A stretch of 64,000 nucleotides of DNA from Heterodontus francisci (GCF_036365525.1 NC_090404.1:13606550-13670549); one strand, 5' to 3'; counted from the first letter of the stretch, positions 13,112 to 26,226 are shown. Made by a program: numbers and translations. The notes: a model not told the origin generated them from the letters alone.

Positions 13112-13650
13112 CATGTGTAATGTGAGGCGTTTTTATTCACTCTGGTCCTAAATCGTGTAACTGCAGCCATTCACACTGCAAATCGAAACACTAATGTACC
13201 GCAGTTAGTTGCATAAATTGAGCACAATTCAAATTAGTGGGCATCCTTCACTGGTATAGATTGAAGGGATAGATAACGGGAGATGGATTAACATACATTA
13301 GCAGTCACTTTATACTCTGGTGACGTAATTTCATCTTAGAGATTCACATGCCCTTATGAAGAGTTGAGGAAATAAAGAGATTTAATCACAGTCCACAATG
13401 CAATTATTATTCCGGAACATATTCTGAACTGCAATATCTCCATTTACTACCAAGCAACATATTGCATTGAAACTATATTGCCAACTAACTAACCCTGGAT
13501 ATAGATAAAATGCTCACATGCAATAATATCCCAGTGTAATGATATGACTCCATTCTGTTGATGATGTGGAAGATGGGACGTGGATCCAGTCACCGCCTCT
13601 ATCAGGGAATCAATAGGCGGCGCCTAATAACCTCGCCCCCTTCTGCCGGG

Positions 13651-13660
13651 TATTTAAATA
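13651..13660 (+). promoter_or_regulatory. TATA-like box of the IgM VH promoter
   Basis: tatttaaata about 90 nt upstream of the leader ATG. No perfect ATGCAAAT octamer seen nearby, consistent with shark IgH promoters. Confidence 0.5.
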
Positions 13661-13749
13661 CCGGTCACTGGGACCGCAATACAACAGTCCGGGAGCGGGT
13701 CTGCTCAGTGAGTTCTTGCCAGAACCATTTTCCCCGAATTGCCAGAAGG

Positions 13750-13795
13750 ATGAGGTCGGCGATTTCTCTCAGTCCGTTGCTGGTTTTCTTATCCC
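13750..13795 (+). CDS. IGHV: IgM VH leader exon (MRSAISLSPLLVFLS)
   Basis: 46-nt exon, ATG at 13750, phase-1 donor gtgagt at 13796. Confidence 0.93.
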
Positions 13796-13924
13796 GTGAG
13801 TAGTTTTTGCTAGCCTTGTCTCTCACTGTTACTGTCTCAGTGTTAGTCTCTCTCTGGAATGTTACAGAGTCAGGAATCATTTCACCAGGATTAATCCTCG
13901 GGGTTTTTGATATTTTTTTTACAG

Positions 13925-14249
13925 GTGTCCAGTCGGATATCGTGTTGACTCAGCCAGCGGCAGAGACCGGGAAACCCGGAGGCTCCCTGAGACTGACCTG
14001 TAAAACCAGCGGGTTCAATCTTGGCGGCGACTGGATGAACTGGGTCCGACAGGTTCCCGGGCAGGGGCTGGAGTGGCTGCTTGAGTACCTCAGTTCATCA
14101 AGTAATAACTACGCCCCAGGGGTTAAGGATCGATTTACTGCGTCCAAAGACACTTCAAACAACATCTTCGCTTTGGACATGAAGAACTTGAAGACCGAAG
14201 ACACCGCCATCTATTACTGTGCAAGGTACAGCAGTGTGTCCCGGGATGG
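13925..14249 (+). CDS. IGHV: IgM VH exon, germline-joined to D segments (VDD)
   Basis: Acceptor ttttacag. Translation [25 protein letters not shown]...WVRQ...[16 protein letters not shown]. No V-type 22/23-RSS after CAR; D-like sequence follows directly. Confidence 0.95.
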
Positions 14250-14277
14250 CACAGCAGTTACTGTCAATACAAAAAAA
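14250..14277 (+). other. 12-bp-spacer RSS (D-type 3' RSS)
   Basis: CACAGCA, then gttactgtcaat (12 nt), then ACAAAAAAA. Confidence 0.9.
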
Positions 14278-14603
14278 AACCCTCGGCACTAACTGATGAA
14301 TCGAGGTCAGTGCTCGTTTTACAATCCAACTGTATATACAGTGAAGCATTATTTGTGTCCAACATTGTCCACCTAGCACGGTTTATGATGGATATACTAA
14401 TAAATATTCATTCATCAGTTGATGATTTCAATAATTGCTGACATGTTACTGTGTGAAATATAAAACATCAGGGAAATTTATAAAGAGTAAAACGAATCAT
14501 TAACGCAGTTATAATTCTATGAAGAATCATGATGATTTTATCTTGGCTCTGGGGTGTGGATATTTAAAATAAAGATAGATTTCTCTCTATTCTGTGCAGA
14601 GCC

Positions 14604-14690
14604 AGTTATTGTGTGACCCAGCCCAGGGAATGTAACACTGTGACTGTCTTGACTACTGGGGACAAGGGACCATGGTGACGGTGACTGCAG
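14604..14690 (+). CDS. IGHJ: IgM JH segment with 23-RSS
   Basis: agttattgt (14604-14612), 23-nt spacer, cactgtg (14636-14642). Coding 14643-14690 reads CLDYWGQGTMVTVTA; donor gtaaga. Confidence 0.96.
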
Positions 14691-15346
14691 GTAAGAAACA
14701 GGCACTTATTCAGTAACTGATTTATTTGTGTTTTTATTTTATATTTCTGTTTATTTTAATGATACATTCGTTCACTGGAATGTGGATTCGGTAGATTCTG
14801 TATTGAGATTTGTTGCAATGTTTCATGTGATTCTGCTGCAAAGGGATGAAGGAATTTAATGGTTTCTTCACAATCGGTTCTGTTGAGGGATTCAGCTCCA
14901 GATTGATGTGATTTGGTATTTATTTGCTGATGAGACTGTGTGTCTGGGCTACTTTAAATATCTAACTGTTGTTCAACTTTTTGACGTTTCTACAATGTTT
15001 AATCTCGGTGACATCTAGTTGCTACAGGTTTTCTGATCTAATACAAACAATAAGTGTTTAAATATGTTTGAAATAAGATTATAGTTAGAAAGCTTCAGTG
15101 TTCGAAAATAGCCTTACGATATTTTGATCTATTTTTATTTGTGGCAATTAAATTGCCATCTATCAATCTACTGCTCACGAATGCTCATATGTAATACAAT
15201 AAATTTTGCTGTTAATAATAACTACATAAATAACAAATTTGCAGCTTTGGTCAGATATGCATCAATCTAACCTCACTTATTATAATGCAGTGGTATCAGC
15301 CAATATTAATGAAATATGCTATTGTATCAATATTAATTTATTAAAC

Positions 15347-15392
15347 ATGCTGTTTGGACTAACAGTTCTGCTGCCATTATTTTATATTTCTG
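15347..15392 (+). CDS. Putative orphan leader exon in the JH-CH1 intron (MLFGLTVLLPLFYIS)
   Basis: aacATG start, 15 hydrophobic codons plus 1 nt (46 nt, same length as the VH leader), consensus donor G|gtaagt. No V exon before CH1. Confidence 0.6.
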
Positions 15393-18349
15393 GTAAGTCA
15401 GACACAGGCGGGCTCGGTGGATTCTGCATTGAGTTTTTTTTGCAATGTTACATTTGATTCTGCTGAAAGTACTTGTAGAATTAAGCTGCTTCTCCATGAA
15501 ACGTACTGAAGCAGTACAGTGATGTATTTGGTGTTTATCTGCTGTGGAGAGTGTGTGTCTATGTCACTTCGAATAAGTAAAATTTGTGAAACTGGCGTTT
15601 CTGCATTGTTTAATCTCGGTGACATCGAGTGGCTTCAGGTTTTCTGATCGAATGGAAACATTCTACGTGTTTAAAGACAGAAAACTGGCAGGTTTCAGAA
15701 ATGAGGAAAATATTTATAGATATTTCAAGGCATTTTTTAAATTGAAGTGATAATTGCAGATTAAACTATTCAGCCATGGTTGTGACACTCATTCAGTACG
15801 TGAAATGCTACTGCAATTATAAACTGCACAATTAGCAAGTTTGCAAATTGGAGAGTAAAGTTAATGTAATTCAAACAATTATAATGCGAGAATACCTCCT
15901 CATACAAACCAAATATGCTTTAATATTAACATAGGTTCATTATTCATTAATCACCTTTCACAATTCTGGTATGTCGTGCGCACAAAATTTTATAGGCTGG
16001 AAACAATTTTTAATTATGCTTGAAATGATTTCAATAAGAGTGTACTTATTCCAGTGTTCTGTTCAGTTTGAGCGCTTTAAAATTAATTATTATGTCCCTG
16101 ATTAAAACAGATGAATGACAGCTTGTATTTACTTATAACTTAAATAGGAGTTGTAAATTGCAGTTTTTCAGTGCAATATATCTGTCTGGTTATTACATTT
16201 TTTGCGTGCAGCCCAAACCATGTTCTTCCTTCAATGTCAATAGTTGTTGGTTGCGAGATAATTATCACTAATCTAATATTAACCATTTTCCTGAGACAAG
16301 AAGTCGCTGGCAGTCAAATAATTGTTCATGTGATTTTATTTAAATTGAAGAAACTTGCAGACAGCGTAAGGCTAAAGACAAACGAATAACACGTTGACAT
16401 TCAAGCAAATTCATTTAATTTCAAATGGTTAATGTTAGTGTTGAATTCAATAACAGCATCCTTCTCTCATAGCTGTGCTGCACATAGGACAGAATAATAG
16501 ACAAAGAACAGATTATACCCGAGAGTTATGCTTGATTCTTATAAAATACTAAATTGATAGACAAAACCTCGGCTACATTTACTCATTAAATTTTAGTGTG
16601 GCAGATGATCTGAAAGAATTATTCTCGTTCATACAGCTTGTTCATATAGCTTGTTCATATATCTAGATACAGCTCTTGGTCTAAAGGGGTCAAAGGGTAT
16701 GGGGCGAAAGCCGGAAAAGGCTACTGAGTTGGATGATCAGCCATGATCATCATGAATGGCGGAGCACGCTCGAAGGGCCGAATGGCATATTCCTGCCCCT
16801 GTTTTCTATGTTTCTATGTTTCACTTTTACAATGATCGTTTTGGAGCTTCTTTCAATAAAAACACAATATATTTAACAGTTAATTTACATGGATTGTGTG
16901 AATTACGGGAGTAAAGTATAAACACATTGTGTGATTAAATAGTGGCAGCACAGTTCCTGATTGCAAACTGCTCGGATGTTTTTGACTTTTTTTCTTACAT
17001 AGTTAAGATTTATGACAACATTTAAACATGAGACTCCTGCTTTCACAAACAGGCGATGTTACAGCCCATGGCCAGTTAGTGAGATGTGATCCCGGCCAGG
17101 CTTGGAATTATTTAAAATATTCCACTCATAAATTCATCGTGTGAAATACTTGCTGAGAACAGACCGAGTTTATGATATGTCAATGCATTCAGATGCATGC
17201 GCAGTTCACAAGTTTGTAGATGGAAAGCAGGGAGGGAGTAGAAATTATTGTTCATTTTAAATTATTGAACTGTGATTTGATTTATGTAAAAGTAATATAT
17301 TTGTCTGAATGTTTTCATCTATTAATATGATGTTTACTATTAAATATTGATTAAGTGTCATAATAATATAATTAAAACACCATTATTTCACAAGGTGCCA
17401 GGAAGAAACAGGTCTTGAATTAATATCAACTATTTTTTAAAAATACAGTATAAAATCAGCTAACATGCATATTAACCTAGAATATAACAGTGCTAATTCA
17501 CTAAACATAAATGACCTCCCACAATTGAGTAACATAATTGCCAGGATTCTAATGAGTGCAAAATCTCACGGGTCGGGGAGAATTTTGAATTATGTCTAAA
17601 AATAATTTAAAGAACAATGTATTTTTTACTCAGCTGTTCTTAACTCGATAACGTGTCGCCGCAGATTTTAATGAATTAAGTTTGTGTATTGCTTCAATTA
17701 TTATTTTTATGGGTAAAATTTAATTGTGAAATTGTATCTAACCAGTGGGTTTGCAAGGTAAATATCTCCTGATTTGCTAAATTCTTACTCTGTTATTGAG
17801 TTCCTGTTACAGACATCAAATTACCCTGAATATGAATTGTTTTGATTTACTCATTTTAAGGTAAACTATATCTTACATGTTTTTAAGACTGCAGACAGAC
17901 AGGGAGAAACAGTTGGAAGTCGAAGGGAGTATTTGAAATGAATATAAATTCAATTGGAAGAGCTTACAGACTTGGAGTGGTCAGAATTTGACAATTGATA
18001 AATTAGAATCAAGCAGCTTCATTGAAATTGACAGATTGTGCAGATCTATCTGCTGAGAGCCCTATTGTTGCATCCTTTGTGCCTGTTCTGTTTCTGTGCA
18101 CTTGTTCACTGTATCGGGACTAGATATCCTCCCGGCTGGTTGGGGTAAACCTGGTTCGTTCTCCTGTATTTTAAGGAGTAAAATTTGATCCATTTATTTA
18201 AGAAACTTGTATCTGTGAGAAATGTGGAACTTTGACTTTAAGTTTGATGAGACGCCTCAGCGATGAGATCAGTATTCCAGTCTGTGACAATCAGAAATAA
18301 CAGTTCAGAGACATGAGAGACAGAATGTAAAAGGAGCTTTGGTCAGTTT

Positions 18350-18720
18350 GTAATCAGTAATGTACCTCCCTTGGGAGTGTTTGATTCGACGATGTAGAGG
18401 AAGCTTCACCGTATATTTAATCCATGCTGTAACTGTCCTGGGACCGTTTGATAAGGACAGTGTAGAGGGAGAAATTGCTCTGTATCTAAACCTGGATGTA
18501 TTTTATAGGACAGTGCACAGGTGTACCTGATCCAGAGTGACAGTGCAGTGCAGAGGAGGCTTTCCACGGAATAAAGCACTTACAATATCTGACCTTACAG
18601 CTCATGATAGCGCCGTACAGGGGGGACCTTTACTTTACAACTTAACTGTCCTGTATCTGACCCGAGAAGGATTTTCCCGCAGTGTTCAAGGAACCTTAAT
18701 CTGCATCTAACTCATAAGCT
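18350..18720. repeat. Degenerate ~60-70-bp repeat (gtagagggagctttactctgtatctaacc family)
   Basis: Same family in the opposite orientation at about 29880-29960 and 34240-34500. Confidence 0.55.
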
Positions 18721-19699
18721 GCGCGTTCTCGACCCAGATATATGAAAATAAATTGTTCCATTGCCCAGATAAAACAACGCATATTAATTGATTTTACCAT
18801 TCATTCAAGCCCAAGTTTTAATGAATTAATAATATTTAAACATGCTAATTATCAGATAATTATTAAATGAGATTGGCCTGATTTTTTTTAGCGCACTTTC
18901 AGAACAAACAGTTTCAGGAAGTGACTGTAACGTTCCAGAGAGCGGCGTTTGTTCTGATCTGATGGGAGGTTGGAAGTTCTTTTGACGATTTATATGGAGA
19001 CGGTCGAGACTCCCTCTCCCAATAACCATCATGATAATCTCATGTTTAAACCAGTATTTCGTTCAAGTATTTTCAATAGGTAACAGGCAGTGATAAACTC
19101 TGGTGAGATACATACATTGGATTTGGACTGGATCACAGCTGAGAACACAAAGCCACTGAAGTCAGCTTGTGTGAAACTTTTGAAGTGATACAGTTAGTCT
19201 GCAATCAATGTCAATCACAATAAGCTTTAAGTCTCTGACAGTATCTGATTGACTCATTTGTATTAAATCCTTCAGATCCTCTTATTTCAAAAATCATCTT
19301 TCATAATAACAATCAATAAAATATATGTCACAGAGATGTTCAGATTTATGAAGCTTTTCCTCCCATTACATTTTGAAGAACTAATTCTGCTGAGTCGGGT
19401 AGAATCATAGAATCTTCTCGCACGGAATGTGGCCATTCAGCCCGTCACGTCTGTGTTATCTCTCAAAGAGCTCTCCAATTTAATCCTACAAGCCAGCTTT
19501 TACGACATAATCATGCAAATCAGTCTCCTTCGAGGACATGCCCGGTTGCCTTGTGCATTCCGGATGCACTTGCAGAGAGCCTGCACGGACACGATGGGTC
19601 GAATAGCCTCCTTTTGTGCTGTAGCCATTCTACGGTTCTATGAAAACAGCCTCTGTCTGGAAAGAAACCTCTTTCCGCAGTCATCACCCGCCCCACGTT

Positions 19700-20600
19700 C
19701 CACTTTGTTTGCCAATTATTTATTTTGTTACTGACCCACTTGACAGAGGAAATAGTTTGCCCTTATCAGCTCTATCAAAACATCCCATAATTTTGAGCAT
19801 ACCTGTTCGATAACCGCCTAAGGAGAACAATTCGGCTGGTATAATCTCTCTACATAACTGAATCCCCTCATCCCTGACATCATCCTGGTAAACCGCCTCT
19901 GCACTCTCCCCAACATCCTTCCTAAAGTGTGGTGGCCAGAATTGTACAAAAATATTCCAGCCTAATCAGTGATTTGTAAGGCTTTAATATGACGTGTTTC
20001 TTTTTTGTTATCAATATTCCATTTTACAAGACCAAGTATTCCATTCGCTTCCTTACCTGCCTTCAAAACATTATGAGTATGCACCCCAGGTTCCATTACT
20101 TTTTACACCCTTCAAATAGTACCATTTAGATTACATTAACTTTCTATGTTCTTCCTCAAAAGTGCAGCACTTCGCACTTATCCGCGTTAGATTGCATCTG
20201 CTCTGTCCCTGAACATTTCACCAGTCTGTCTATGTCCTCCTGAACCCTGTTACTATCCTGCTCACTATTTGTTTTGTATCATCCTCGAACTTCGAAATTC
20301 TACTCCCCACACCCAATTCCACGTCATTGTACATAACAAAAAAGGCAATGACCCTATGACCGACCCAAGGGGGATCACAATCCTGAATTTTTTCCAGTCA
20401 GAAAAGCATTGGTTCACCGTTACTCTCTGCTTCCTATACATTATCAAGTCACCACTATGCCTTTAATCCATACGCTTCTATTTTCCGAATGTTCTCTTTT
20501 GTGGTATGTTATCCAATGCCAGTTGAAAGCCCAGATGTCCAACTTTTGCGCCACCAACATCGACAATCTTTTTTTACATCATATTGATGAGTGAGCTTTC
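19700..20600 (-). mobile_element. CR1-like LINE fragment
   Basis: RKQRVTVN...IPLGSVIG (GVPQGS-like), followed by decayed RT sequence. Confidence 0.7.
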
Positions 20601-22150
20601 AATATCTGACCAATAAGCCCCAGGTGTTTGAATTGTCCACACAACCAAGTTAGAGTTGACCATGTCAGCAATAACACTTCAGGAATTTTTGTCCTTCCTT
20701 GCATGGAACCTACTGTATACATCACTCGATGTATAATGTGTAAGTGATGTCAATATCAGATATTTAGAGAAGAAACCTATCCTGATGGTCACATTAAGGT
20801 CGGTTTAACCAGCAGCAAGAGGTGACTGTAACGACACAGTCAGCAACACCAGTTCTCACTGGTGAGAGGTGGGAAGACACTTTGGAAAATTAACTGGACC
20901 ATTTAAACAACATCGTTTCAAATGACCAATTTTAGGAATCGGGTTTAATTGAGTTGGAGGGAAAAGCAAACTCGGGAGAGATCCATTCAGGAGAACAAGA
21001 TAGAACACAAATCACAATCCTCAAGTACTGAGAAGGAAAGCGATAGCCTAGAATCAATGCAGATTCATCTAAAACTTTAATTCCAAAAGCTAGGTTGTGT
21101 AAAAATTCCGCTTTGAAATCTGGGTACTAAATGGTTCAGTCAATATTTTAAAGGAGACTTCAACCATTTATTGCAAAAGTCCTTTATTGTTATGGGGACA
21201 TAGAAGATTAAGATGAAGTCTGGTAGAGGTGTTTTGAATAATGAATGGTTTTATACTGAAATTCAGAAACCAATTTCCCCAAATCAGTGAGTTGGTCTGT
21301 CGAGAGCACTGATTTAAAATCAGCGTCAAAAGAATGAAGGAAGAGGGTATGGATCTACTTTTCTACACAGGGGGTTGTTAGGATCTGGGATTCTCCTAAC
21401 AGAAAGAGGAGTGTCGGCAGAATCCATAAGAACTAGATAAAATGGAACTTTTGAAAAGAAGATTAGGGATTGGAAGGTCAGCAGGATTACTGGAATGACC
21501 TTTCACAGGCCTGATGGACCGAATGGCCTCATTCTCTGCTATCAATTCTATTATTTTATAATCCTGGTTCACCAACGACCCAAAGAAGCTCAAATGCCAC
21601 TGTAGATTTTTATGGGAAATTAATGGAATTACTTTGCCTGGTATCAAGTTTCAAGCTTTAAGCTCATTTTATAAGCACCCATTGAGATGGCACTTTTTAA
21701 CAGTAGTCGCTATTTTTGGGGGGTAGGGGTGGAGGGGTGAGGGAACCCAGCAGTCAATTTACAGAGAGCAAATTTCCAAAAACTGCAATTAATAAGTGCC
21801 AAGTATTTTATTTATTGACAAAGTGCTGTTGGCTTCGAAATAACTACTGGCAGGAATAGCGGGAAATCCCTACTTCCAGTTTAATCCAATGAAAGGGACT
21901 TTATTGAGATGACGTCAAAAGGCTCTTTTGTAATGTGACAGATCCGGAAAGAGAGGTGTGTTCCTGACCAGGGGATCGACAGGCGATGATCATCGAATGA
22001 TGGAAGTGGTAGAAGCTCAAATGCGGATGAAGATTTTAATCGGAAAATATTGGAATCAGTTTCGAGCTAGTTTCAAATTCCGAGTTGTCTTGTAACTTAA
22101 TGAACGTGAATCACAGAGTCTAACCTGTTCAATCTGCCATTCTTTCCCAG

Positions 22151-22448
22151 CGACACCGTCTCCCCCCAACTCTTTACGGTCTTTGCTCCTGTGAACAACC
22201 CAACACAGACGGCTCCGTGGCCTACGGCTGTTTGGCGATGGACTACATCCCCGAAATCACCACCGTTTCCTGGTAGAAAGATAATGAGCCGATCACCACT
22301 GGATTGAAGACTTACCCGTCAGTGCTGCACAAGAAGGGAACCTACACCCAGAGCAGCCAGTTAACCATCACCGAGTCAGAGGTGGGAAGCAGCAAAATCT
22401 ACTGCGAGGTTCGACGTGGCGAGTCGGTCTGGAGCAAGGAAATGCCAG
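22151..22448 (+). pseudogene. IGHM: IgM CH1 exon, disrupted
   Basis: ATPSPP / [40 protein letters not shown]...[17 protein letters not shown]. +1 frameshift in a C6 run (22162-22167) and in-frame TAG at 22274-22276. Confidence 0.93.
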
Positions 22449-22659
22449 GTTGGTGTTGAGGAAACTGTGAAAAACAGAAAAGTTTTAATGATCTTGTATA
22501 GAGTTTTGGCTCTACCACATTTAGAGTACTGTGCACAGTTCTGATCCCTGGAAACTCCAGTTAGTGTCTGCTTGACAGCAAAGAACCTGTTAAAATGTAA
22601 GAACAGTTTGCTTTCGCTATTAATTTCTTCCAGAAATGTCTAACATGTTTTTCTTGAAG

Positions 22660-22977
22660 ATTGTAAAGGTGACATGGTCCATCCAACTGTTATCCTCACC
22701 CAGAGTTCCAGTGAAGAAATCACAAGCAGAAGATTTGCAACTGTCGTGTGTTCAATCATCGATTTCCAACCAGAGTCAATAACCGTGAGTTGGTTGAAGG
22801 ATGGACAACCCATGGATTCGGGCTTCGTCACCTCTCCCGCCTGTGAAGTGAACGGGAACTTCTCGGCAACCAGTCGGCTGACAGTCCCCGCCGGGGAATG
22901 GTTCACCAACACGGTCTATACCTGCCAGGTCTCCCATCAAGGGGTCACACAAAGCCAAAACATCACCGGATCTCAGG
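22660..22977 (+). CDS. IGHM: IgM CH2 exon, intact
   Basis: [20 protein letters not shown]...VVCSI...WLKDG...[20 protein letters not shown] with ag/gt borders. Confidence 0.95.
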
Positions 22978-24013
22978 GTAAGAGAAGCAAACGGAGGAAG
23001 CTCCGGATCATTCTGTGTTCCAATGATAATCCAATTCAATAATTTATTGGAATTAGTACAAAGCACAGAATAATTTTCTAATTCGCCATCATGTAGTTTT
23101 TATGCTTCATTCCGCTGTGAGTGCTGAGTTCGGATAGCTCACGGTTCAACATGTCATCACATCACCAGAGAATGGTTCCCTTTGCTTTGATGGCATACAG
23201 TGAGTGAGGTGGCTTTGATATCTGGTGTATCCTGAGTTGTCTGATCATATTCTACTATTTTTCCTATGTCTCTATGACAACCCTCTGGTCAGATGACCCT
23301 CTAACTCCAGACTGACACATGAGTTCTCACTCAGGACAGATATTAGCAAACTGCCTTATACCGTTACTGCAAAACATTCTCCACCTCAAAAAGATTCCTT
23401 GGAACTGCATTTTCCCGACCTTTCACCCCTCCTCCGATTGGTTCCTACATATTTTCATCTCCCCAAATATCGTAACAAGGCGCCAGAAACTTAACTTTGT
23501 TTTCTGCTGGGCTAAAAATTCAGAGTTTCATTTGACATTCGTTTTGAGCCAGTGTGAATTCTATGTATAGCTCGTGTCCTTGGGTGACAGAGCCATTATA
23601 TTCAGCGGAGATGTGATCTGGTGCAAGGATCGATAGACGGACGGAAATACGAACATACGAATTAGGAGCAGTAGTAGGCCACTCGGCCCCTCGAGCCTGC
23701 TCCGCCAGGGATTTCAGGAAGAAAGTTCTTTAGTGCGGAACATAATTTCTCCCGCAATTATTCGATTTTTTCGCCGGGGTACTTGCTTAAAAGCCCATTA
23801 CAGGCTTCTTTGGGTGCAAATACACAGTAACTGTTATCGGATCTCCAGGAAGCTTTTTCAGGCTGTTGTCCTTCCAATAAACGATATTATTTAAGCAACA
23901 GCTGGAGGTTGATGTCTCGAAGTTGATTTATTCTCCTAGAGACAGTGAAGGCTGAATATTGGTGTCTGATTCTGAAGATGAATCTTTGTTTGACTTTCAT
24001 TTCTGTTTTACAG

Positions 24014-25350
24014 TTCCTTGCTCCTGCAATGATTCAGTAATTAAACTACTGCCACCATCAATAGAACAGGTCTTACTGGACCTCCCTTCCCCTGTCAGCA
24101 TTCCGAAGGGATCGTTCCCTCCGCGACACCCTGGTCCACTCCTCCATTACCCCCACCACCTCGTCCCCGTCCCAGGGCACCTTCCCTTGCAATCGCAGGA
24201 GGTGTAATACCTGCCCATTTACCTCCTCTCTCCTCACTATCCCAGGCCCCAAACACTCCTTTCAGGTGAAGCAGCGATTTACTTGTACTTCTTTCAATGT
24301 AGTATACTGTATTCGCTGCTCACAGTGTGGTCTCCTCTACATTGGGGAGACCAAGCGCAGACTGGGTGACCGCTTTGCGGAACATCTCCGCTCAGTCCGC
24401 AAGCAGGACCCTGAGCTTCCGGTTGCTTGCCATTTCAACACTCCCCCCTGCTGTCATGCTCACATCTCTGTCCTGGGATTGCTGCAGTGTTCCAGTGAAC
24501 ATCAACGCAAGCTCGAGGAACAGCATCTCATCTACCGATTAGGCAGACTACAGCCTGCCGGACTGAACATTGAGTTCAATAATTTCAGAGCATGACAGCC
24601 CCCCACTTTACTTTCATTTTTAGTCATTTTTAGTTATTTTTTCTTCCTTTTTTTTTGCATTCCTTTTTACATTTTTTGCATTTATTTCATTTCATCTTAG
24701 TTTGTTCAGTTTGCTTACCCACTGTTTTTTTCAGGTTGTTTTTCTTCAGGTTTGCACTTGCTGCTGTTCAATATTCAGTGTATTCACACCTAATCTGTAC
24801 TAATGCTTTGTCTTTCAACACACCATTAACATATTGTTTGCCTTTGCTCCGTGACCTTTTGGTCAGCTATGTGGCCTGGTCCAATCTGCACCTTCTCCTT
24901 TGTTATCTCTTGCCCAACCCCCACCTCACTTGTTTATAATCTGTGACTTTTCTAATATTTGTCAGTTCCGAAGAAGGGTCACTGACCCGAAACGTTAACT
25001 CTGCTTCTCTTTCCACAGATGCTGCCAGACCTGCTGAGTGAATCCAGCATTTCTTGTTTTTGTTTCAGATTTCCAGCATCCGCAGTATTTTGCTTTTATC
25101 TTACTGGAGGCGACGGTGACCTTAACCTGCGTCGTGTCTAATGCTCCTTATGGAGTCAACGTGTCCTGGACCCAAGAAAAGAAGCCTTTGAAATCAGAGA
25201 TTGCCGTCCAACCCGGAGAGGATCCCGATAGTGTGATCAGCACCGTAAACATCTCGACACAATCCTGGCTGAGTGGGAATGAGTTCTACTGCGTGGTGAG
25301 CCATCAGGATCTGCCGACTCCTCTCAGAGAGTCCATCCACAAGGAAGAAG
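24014..25350 (+). pseudogene. IGHM: IgM CH3 exon split by an insertion (24014-24080 and 25109-25350)
   Basis: [22 protein letters not shown] / [21 protein letters not shown]...[22 protein letters not shown]. Removing the insert and one TSD copy restores the frame. Confidence 0.95.
24081..25098 (+). mobile_element. 5'-truncated Penelope-like retroelement (GIY-YIG endonuclease C-terminus)
   Basis: ORF 24266-24595 NVVYCIRCSQCGLLYIGETKRRLGDRFAEH...GLNIEF. 10-bp TSD tcttactgga at 24071-24080 and 25099-25108. Confidence 0.93.
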
Positions 25351-25834
25351 GTGAGCGGAGAGATTGAAGCAATACGTGAGAGGTTGTGTCCATTTCTGGT
25401 GTTTGTGCAAGGCCCAATTCGTCCTATTAAGTGGTTGAATGGATTAGTCCGATAATGTAATTGTAATTCACTAACGCACCTCTCTGGAACCATAGGTGAT
25501 GTATTTAAGGGGAAGCGAGATAAGTAGTTGAGGGAGAAAGGAATAGAAGGAGATGAAGTAAGGTGGGAGGAAGTTCGTGTGAAGCAGAAACACCAGCACA
25601 GGCTAGTTGGGCCGAATGGCCTGTTCCTGTGCTGTAAATTCGATGTAATTTTCCAGTCGAATTCTTTCCGTTCTCAGCAAGAAAGATTGCCCCCGCCTCT
25701 GCTCCGGGCTGGAAAACAGGACAGGCCCCAGAGGGGAAAAGAAAACCTTTAAACATTTCTCTCACATCCAGCCACCGGATTCATTGTCTCTGGAATTCTC
25801 CAGTTTATTGACATTTATTTTATTTTTTCTGCAG

Positions 25835-26226
25835 TTAAAGATCTGCGGGAACCGTCCGTGTCTATCCTCCTGCCCCCGGCAGAAGAAGTCTCCGCTCAGA
25901 GGTTCCTCTCCCTCACCTGCTTAGTGAGAGGTTTCTCCCCCCGAGAGATCTTCGTCAAGTGGACCGTCAATGACAAGTCGGTGAATTCCGGCAACTACAA
26001 GAACACCGAGGTGATGGCAGAGAACGACAATAGCTCCTACTTCATCTACAGCCTGTTATCCATTGCAGCGGAGGAGTGGGCCAGCGGCGCTTCTTACTCC
26101 TGTGTGGTGGGACATGAAGCGATCCCCTTGAAGATCATCAACAGAACAGTTAATAAATCCAGCGGTAAACCCAGTTTTGTGAACATTTCCCTTGCACTGT
26201 TGGACACTGTTAATTCATGTCAATGA
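25835..26226 (+). CDS. IGHM: IgM CH4 exon plus secretory tailpiece
   Basis: [15 protein letters not shown]...LTCLVRGF...[11 protein letters not shown]...[22 protein letters not shown]. Internal donor at 26165 for the membrane form. Confidence 0.96.

Noticed and set aside
13925-26226. Assignment of the heavy-chain cluster to IgW or IgNAR
   Set aside because: Four C exons, the mu-type tailpiece and the V framework match shark IgM.
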